NCBI GenBank assembly: GCA_965112735.1
Contig: OZ218952.1
Span: forward strand, 5,146,001-5,210,000
Source of the DNA: Phaeosaccion multiseriatum
Lineage: Eukaryota; Protista; Ochrophyta, other classes
Direction of reading: 5' to 3'
DNA: 64,000 nt
The notes under the pieces were generated by a model. That model had not been told where the DNA came from and ran no database searches. It saw nothing but the letters and a program-made list of their open reading frames with translations. The position numbers and the translations under genes are program-made. Below are positions 56,623 through 64,000 of the stretch, one piece after another (the first letter of the stretch is position 1; every line of letters begins with the position of its first letter).

Positions 56623-59600
56623 TGTATCTCTCCTTGACTCTCAACCCGGCGGGGGTTAGTCTCTCTTCGTTGTCTCTCTCTGCCCCTCCCTCTTTCTCCC
56701 TCTCTCTCCTTTTCTCTCTTTCTCCCTCTCCTTCTCTCTCTCTCCTTCCCTCTGTTTCTCCCTCTCTCTCTCGCTATACATGTATCTCATTTGCGGCTTT
56801 GGGGCGGTGTCCTTTGTTTCTTTGAGCTGCTGCCCCTCCTCGAGTCAAGTAGCCCTCTCCTCCTCCCTTCCCATCCCATCCCTGTATGTCCCCATTCCCA
56901 CTCTGTGGTGTCGTGTACATTACCCACTACTCAAGCTGCGCCCCCTGACCCCCTCCCCCCTCCTCCTGACACCCGGTACCCACCCACCCACCCACCCACC
57001 CACCCTTCAGGGCGGCATGGTCGACTTATCCATGCTGGACGTGTTGCAGATCTTCGGGCGGGCGGGGCGGCCTCAGTACGACACCAACGGAGGGCACGCC
57101 GTCCTGGTCACGCAACACAAGTCGCTGGACAGGTACAGAGAAGGTGCCTCGTGTCAGGAGAACAAGCCCCCCCCACTCCTGACACCCGCTACCCACAGGG
57201 GCAAACCTCGTCCTGACACCTAACACCTAACACCTCCCCACCACTCCTTACCCTGTCCTGACACCAGGTACCTCGCTCTACTGGCCCGTCAGACGCCCAT
57301 CGAGAGCTCTTTCGTCAAGTCGCTACCCGACCATCTCAACGCAGAGGTGGGATAAGAGTGTCAGGACGAATGGGGAGTGTCAGGACTTAATAAATAGGGG
57401 GTGTCAGGACTATGGGGCAGGGGTGGGTATGGCGTGTCAAGATTGGTAAGGGGTGTCAGGATTGGTGTCGTGCGTTGTACATACATACACACATATTGTA
57501 TAAATCCTGACCCCCTTCTCTCGACGTTACAGATCGTGGCGGGTACGGTGACCAACATCCGCGAGGGCATCCAATGGTTGTCCTACACCTACCTCTTCGT
57601 GCGCATGATGCGCAACCCGCTCTCCTACGGCATCCCACCCTCCGCCAGGTAAGTCAGCATGTCGGTGATGGATGTGCAATATGCGTAGTAGCATAGCACA
57701 GTATGGAAGCATATGGAGTACATGACCACTCACCCTCACCCTCACCCTCACCCCACTCTGCCCTGCCCTGCGCTGCAATCAACAATGACATCCACTGCCA
57801 TCCACCCCCGCCCCCTCCTGCCGGCGTGCCCCAGGGAGTCGGACCCGCTGGTGGAGGAGCAGCGGAGGAAGCTCATCACAGAGACGGCAGAAACCCTTGA
57901 TGACTGCAAGATGATCCGATACGATCGCCGCTCGGGCAACGTCGGAGGTACGAGGGAGGGTAGGCAGGGTGGGGAGGCAAGGTGGGGAGGAGACGCAACG
58001 AGGGGAGGCGAGGAGGAGGGGAAGCGAAGAGGGGAGGAGAGGCAAGGAGGAGAGGCAGGGAGGGGAGGAAAAGAGGGAAGGGGAGGAGAGGCAAGGAGGA
58101 GAGGCAAGGAGGAGAGGGAAAGAGGAGAGGCAGGGAGGGGAGGAGAGGAGGTAAGAGGAGGGGAGGCGAAGAGGCTATCCACCGCTGTCCACATCATGTT
58201 CCCTCTGTCCCTCCCTGCCCACCCACTGCCATCCTCCGTCCGTCCCACCCACCCACCCACCCTCTCACTGCCATTCACTGCCATCCCCCCCTCCCAGTAA
58301 CGGACATGGGGCGGTCTGCGAGCCACTTCTACGTCAAGCACCTCTCCGTGGTGCGCTTTAATGACTTCCTGGCCCCTCACCTCGGTGATGGGCAGTGCGT
58401 GCACCTCGTGTGTCAAGCCTCTGAGTTCGACCAGGTAGGATCACAAATGGCAGGGCAGGGCAGGGGAAGCGACATCCACTGCCATCGATCACTCTGGTGC
58501 CATCCACCCACCCACCGATCCGCTGCCGCCTCCCCCCCCGACAGGTCCGAGTGCGGCCTGAAGAGCTGACAGAGATGGACGATCTTCGCGAGCGCTGCCC
58601 GCTGGAGATACGCGCCCCGTTGGAGGAGAGCTCGGGCAAGACAAATGTGCTGCTGCAGTCCTACATCAGGCAAGGGATGACAGTGGATGGGGGGGGGGGG
58701 CGGGTGGCAGTGGGCAGGGGAGAGAAGGAAAGGCCTCTCTGTTACTCTCTTTTCTCTCTCTCCCTCAATCCCTCTCTCTCTCTCTCTCACTCTGCCTCTC
58801 TGCCTCTCCCTCTGCCTCTTTTGTTTCTTTCTATCCCCGTCCTCCTCCGCCCTCTGTGGCCATTTCTTCCTCTGCTGCATACCGTCCATCTCTCTCCCCC
58901 TCTCTGCCTCTCTCTCTGCCTCTCTCCATCTCTCTCTCTCTCTCTCCCCTACCCTCCCTCCCTCCTCCTCTCCACTTCTCTGTTAACGTGTGCCTTTGCG
59001 TGTGCGTGTGACCCCCCCCCCTTCCTCCTCCTCCTCCTCCTCCTCCTCCTCCTCCTCCTCCTCCTCCTCCTCCTCCTCCTCCTCCTCCTCCTCCTCCTCC
59101 TCCTCCTCAGTGGCAACCCACCCCGCAGCTTCACGCTGGTGTCTGACACCAACTACGTAGCACAGAATGCCGGTCGCATGAGCAGGGCCCTCTTCGAGAT
59201 GTGTCTAAAGAAGGGATGGGCCTCTCTAGCCAAGAGGATGCTGGAGCTGGCCAAGGCCGTCGACAGGTGCCTGTGTGCATGTGTGTGCGTGTGCGTGTGT
59301 GTATGTGTGTGCGTGTGCCTGTGTGTATGTGTGTGCGTGTGCCTGTGTGTATGTGTGTGCGTGTGCCTGTGTGTATGTGTGTGCGTGTGCGTGTGCGTGT
59401 GCGTGTGCGTGTGTGCGTATGTATGGAGTGTGCGGGGGCGAAGAGAGCTGTATCACCAACTGCTGTTGCTCCTCTAACCCATCGCCTCTCTCTTATCTCT
59501 GCCCATAATCCTTTCTTCGCAGGAGGGTGTGGTGGTTCCAAAACCCGCTGAGGCAGTTCGGAGAGCTCACAGGACAGGTACGGACGGGACACAGCTTCAT

Positions 59601-62600
59601 CTTCGGTTACATTTCGGTTACAGCTACACCCTAAGTTCACGCACTGCCGATTCAGTGGTGCCAGGATGCAGTTCGTCTCTTCTTACTATTTGCCCTTGCC
59701 CTTGCTCTTGCTCTTGCTCTTGCCCGGTGTTTCCCCCTTCCCCTTTGCTCTTGCTCTTGTCCTCGCTTTTGCCCCATACCTGATTGCTTGCTTTGAACGC
59801 CTTGCTTGTTCCTGCGAGAAGGTGATGAAGACGCTGGAAGGCCACCCGCGAGGAGACTCGGTGGCTTGGCTGCTGGACATGAGCGCATCGGAGGTGAGGG
59901 AGGGAGGGAGGGAGGGAGGCAGGAAGGACTGCAGGACAGAGAGAAGGAAGGGAGGAAAGGAGGGAGGAGGGGAAGGGCTACCTGCCTGCGTAACTCCCTG
60001 CGTCCCTGTCTCCCTCTCCGGCGTGAGGAAATTCCCTGGACCGGCCCTCCCTTCTCTCCTTCTTCTAAACCCTCACACTAACTCAGCCGGTCTCCTTTGT
60101 CCCCGGCCAATCGCTGCACCCATACACCTCTAACACATCCTCGGCTCTGCGATGCTCCGCTCTACCCATACGCCTCTGTGTATACCTATGCATGGGGCCA
60201 GATCGGGCAGCTGTGCCGTAACCAGCGAGCAGGCGAGCAGGTGCTGCGGCTGGCGAGGGCTCTCCCTTCCCTCGACATCGACTACGTCGTGCAGCCCATC
60301 ACGAGGGACATCCTCAGCCTTACCGTGTACGCCACTCCGGCCTTCACATGGAACAAGTGAGTAGAGGAGGAAGGGAGAGAGGGAAGGGAAGGAGAGAGAG
60401 AGGGGAGGAGAAAGAGAGGGAAAGAGGGAGAGAGGGGGGAAGGGAAGGAGTGAGGGACAGGGAGAGGGGGGGGGGAGCGGGTAGGGGAGTAAGGGAGAGG
60501 GAGGGAGAGGAGAGCGACGGATGGCAGAGGCACGGACCCCGTGTTGCTTCGCTGTACCCTGTGCCCCACGCCCCTCACATCTCACACTGCCGCTGTACCA
60601 CCAACTGCTGCTGATGCCGCTACATCTGCTGCGGATGCTCCTTTTCTCCTCTTCTGCGTTGTTCCGCGGTGACTGACGGTGACTTATGGTGACTTACGGT
60701 GACTGACGGTGACTGACTGACGCCCATCCATCACAGCCGCTACCACGGAGGCGCGGACGCGTGGTGGCTGTGGGTGGAGGACGCCGACAGCGAGCGCATC
60801 TACCACAGCGAACGCATCATCATCAGCGCCAAGCGCTCCAGGGAGACTGTGGAGCTGAACTTCGCCATCCCCATCTTCGAGCCCATGCCGGCTCAGTATT
60901 GGGTGCGCTGCGTGAATGATCGCTGGGTGGGCTGCGAGTCCACGCTGGCGGTGTCGTTTCAGCATCTGCTGCTGCCCGAGACGGGGAGGTCACACACGCC
61001 GCTGTTGGACCTGCAGCCGCTTCCTGTGACCGCGTTGGACAACCAACAAGCGCAGGCGGCGCTCTTCCGGGGGAGCTTTACGCACTTTAACCCCATACAG
61101 ACGCAGCTCTTCCACACGCTGTATCATAAGGTGAGGGAGTGCGTGGTTGGGTGAGGAAGTGGGCGGATGAGTGGGAGGGTGGGTGAGCGGATGAGTGAGT
61201 GAGTGAGTGAGTGAGTGAGTGAGTGAGTGAGTGAGTGGGTGGGTGGGTGGGTGGGTGGGTGGGTGAGTGAGTGAGTGGGTGGGTGGCTGAGTGGGTGGGT
61301 GAGTGAGTTTTTGAGTAAATGAGTGGGTGGGTGAGTGAGTGAGTGGGTGAGTGAGTGAGTCTGTGAGTGAGTGAGTGAGTTAGGGAGTGGTGAGTGAATG
61401 AGAGAGTGAGTGAATGAGTGAGTGAGTGATTGCGTGAGCCCCCCAAGCAGCTTAGCTCTCTCTCCAGTTTTCTATCTCCAGTCTCAAAGTCTCCAAAATC
61501 TCCTCCCGGAAGACACCCGTTTCTTGAACTCTGTGGTCGGACGGAGACAAAGGACGTTCACTCCCTCTCTCCCTCCCTCTCTCACCCCCTGCCCATATAC
61601 TTCTACCCCACCCTGCCCCTGCAGACATCGAATGTGCTGCTGGGCGCTCCCACGGGGTCCGGCAAGACATGTGTGGCAGAGATTGCCATCCTCAAGATGC
61701 TGCGGGACGGACCCCCGGGGGCCAAGTGCATATACGTGGCCCCGCTCAAGGCCCTGGCGAGGTGCGTGGTTACAGTCAGTCAGTCTGTCAGTCAGTCAGT
61801 CACATGTAGGGGCATATAGATCCATGTGCAACAGGCGTATGCACGGGAGAGGGTGTTGCGTCTCTCTGTTACATACACGCGCCCCACCGCTCGCCGCTTG
61901 CGGTCGCTCCCTCCCTCTCACTCACCGGGTACGGGTCTCACTCACGCACACACGCACGCACGGTCCCGCTCACTCACTTGCGGGATGGTCCCACGCTCCC
62001 TCCCTCTTTCGCACCCATTCACTCACTCACGCAATGGGATCACGCACACACAGGGAGCGGCTGAAGGACTGGAAGGCCAAATTCGGAGGCAGGCATATGG
62101 GCCTGTCCGTGGTGGAGCTGAGCGGCGATGTGACGCCCGACCTCGCTGCCCTGAAGCGCGCCACCATCATCATCACGACGCCCGAGAAGTGGGACGGCAT
62201 CACGAGGGACTGGCGTAAGAGGCCGTATGTGGCGAGCACGGCGCTGGTTATCATCGACGAGATTCACCTGTTGGTAATACGCGATGGATGTTGGGTGTGG
62301 TAATCTGTGATTTTACTTGTTGGCTTGGATGGGTGGTGCATGCAGTCGAGTGGTAAGGAGGTGGGGGAGACAACCGTAAGGGAGACCAACAACAACAGCA
62401 ACAGCAATAAGCCGCACACGCACACGCACGCATGCACTACTCAGTCAGTCAGCGGGGGGAAGGGGGTGAGGGAGGGTTGCTGCCTGCGCCTGCTTTTGTT
62501 GTGGTATGCCCCTTTTACACCACACCATACCGCTCCATGATGGATGGGATTCACAGGCTGTGAATGTGGCTTTATGACCAACTGCTGCAGGAGACGACTT

Positions 62601-64000
62601 CGGGAACGAATGCGGCCGCCCTTTAACAACCCCCCCTACCTTCGCGTCCACTGCCATCCCCCCCTCCTTGCCCTCCTTTTGGCTTCTCTCTGCTCACGCA
62701 CACACACACACACGCACACACACACACACACACTCGCACTCACGCACTCACGCACCCACCGACCCTCCAGGGCGAGGACAGAGGCCCTGTGCTCGAAGTG
62801 ATTGTGTCTCGCATGAGGTTCATCGCCACGCAGACGCAGAAACCCATTCGCTTCGTGGGGCTCTCCACAGCGCTGGCCAACGCGCGAGACCTGGCGGACT
62901 GGTTGGGCATACAGAACGAGGAGGGGCTGTACAATTTCAGGCCATCTGTAAGGCCCATCCCCTGCGAGGTGAGCAGGGGAGAGAATTACTCGGGCAATGC
63001 CAATAGGGGGGATGGCAGTGGATGGAGAGGGGGGTGATGGTGGAAGGAGTCTCCGCTTGCATGCCAGCTTCAGTTTCAGTTCCAGTTTCATTCCCTGCCA
63101 TCCACTGCCATCCCCTTCCACAGGTGCATATCGCGGGCTTCCCTGGCGAGCACTACTGCCCGCGTATGGCCACCATGAACAAGCCCACCTACGCCGCCAT
63201 CTGTGACCACTCGCCCGACAAGCCGGCCCTCGTGTTCGTGGCGTCGCGCAGACAGACGCGTCTCACTGCTCTGGACCTCATTAGCCTCTGCACAGCCGAC
63301 GAGAGGCCCAAGAAGTTCCTCAGAATGCCGGTGAGTAGCGTGCATTCAGAGGAGCGTGCATTCAGAGGAGCGTGCATTTGTGTGTTTGCGTGTATGTGCG
63401 TGTGCGTGTGCCTGTGTGTGTGTGCGTGTGCGTGTGCGTTTGTGTGTTTGCGTGTATGTGCGTGTGCGTGTGCGTGTGTGTGTGCGTGTGCGTGTGCGTG
63501 TGTGTGTGTGTGCATGCGTGACTTGGAGTTGGCACTCTTGCAGTCTCTTCCTCTCTCCCTCTCTCTCCCTCTCTCTCTCTCCTCTCTCTTTCTCCTGAGC
63601 ACTAACCACTGCCTCGCACCCTTCCCTGACCTGCCCCCCTCCCCCCACTACCACCCCCTCCAGGAGGAAGAGGTGGAGGCTATCGCATCTACGGTGAGGG
63701 ACAGCGCCCTCACGCACACGCTCGTGTTCGGTATCGGCATTCACCACGCGGGGCTCGATAAGCACGATCGTGACGTGGTGGAGCAACTCTTTTGCAGCGG
63801 GAAGATCCAGGTTAGATGTGACTGGAAGGAGGGTAGATGGCAGTGGACGGAGGGTAGATGGCACTGAAAGGAGGGCAGACGGGAGATATGGTACAGGAAG
63901 GCAGATGGCAGTGGAGGGATCAGAGGGCACATGGCAGTGAAAGGAGGGGCAGAGTAAAGATGGCAGGGCATGGAGGTTCGATGGCAGAGGGCCGGGGTTA
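50178..64000 (+). CDS. ASCC3: ASCC3/Slh1 tandem Ski2-like DExH helicase with Sec63 domain; 3' end outside window
   Basis: Many exons from ATG 50178 (start tentative) to the last visible exon 63664-63810. Cassette 1: [43 protein letters not shown]. Cassette 2: [38 protein letters not shown] distinguishes ASCC3/Slh1 from Brr2. Confidence 0.93.

Noticed and set aside
50178-64000. Brr2/SNRNP200 as the helicase identity
   Set aside because: The second cassette has intact GSGKT and DEIH motifs plus [12 protein letters not shown], which fit ASCC3/Slh1.

Overview
Intron-rich, GC-rich eukaryotic DNA, probably a photosynthetic stramenopile (inferred from a bipartite plastid-targeting presequence), with microsatellite-laden introns. 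Most ORFs in the supplied track are repeat-derived artefacts. Spliced genes: XK-family membrane protein (5' partial), a plastid-targeted protein with four HPAYAxRxERPGWExRWGxEE repeats, gamma-carbonic-anhydrase-like protein, MPDU1, BUD23, an ARM-like protein, a JmjC protein and ASCC3/Slh1 helicase (3' partial). The main discovery is that the apparently gene-free block 21.5-43.7 kb hides one 28-exon gene that the ORF track does not show. Its hand-assembled frame is open for about 793 aa: signal peptide, Cys-rich repeat module, TSP3 repeats, a second Cys-rich module and a VWD-like domain. It is built largely from 15-81 nt exons, roughly one repeat per exon, and paralogous exons are far more diverged than their flanking introns. 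Its introns contain a 6.2-kb perfect (TCC)n tract and a rearranged antisense Ty1/copia element. A nested, palindrome-within-palindrome TA-flanked MITE complex lies at 44.25-45.85 kb. All gene models were assembled by eye and need RNA-seq confirmation.
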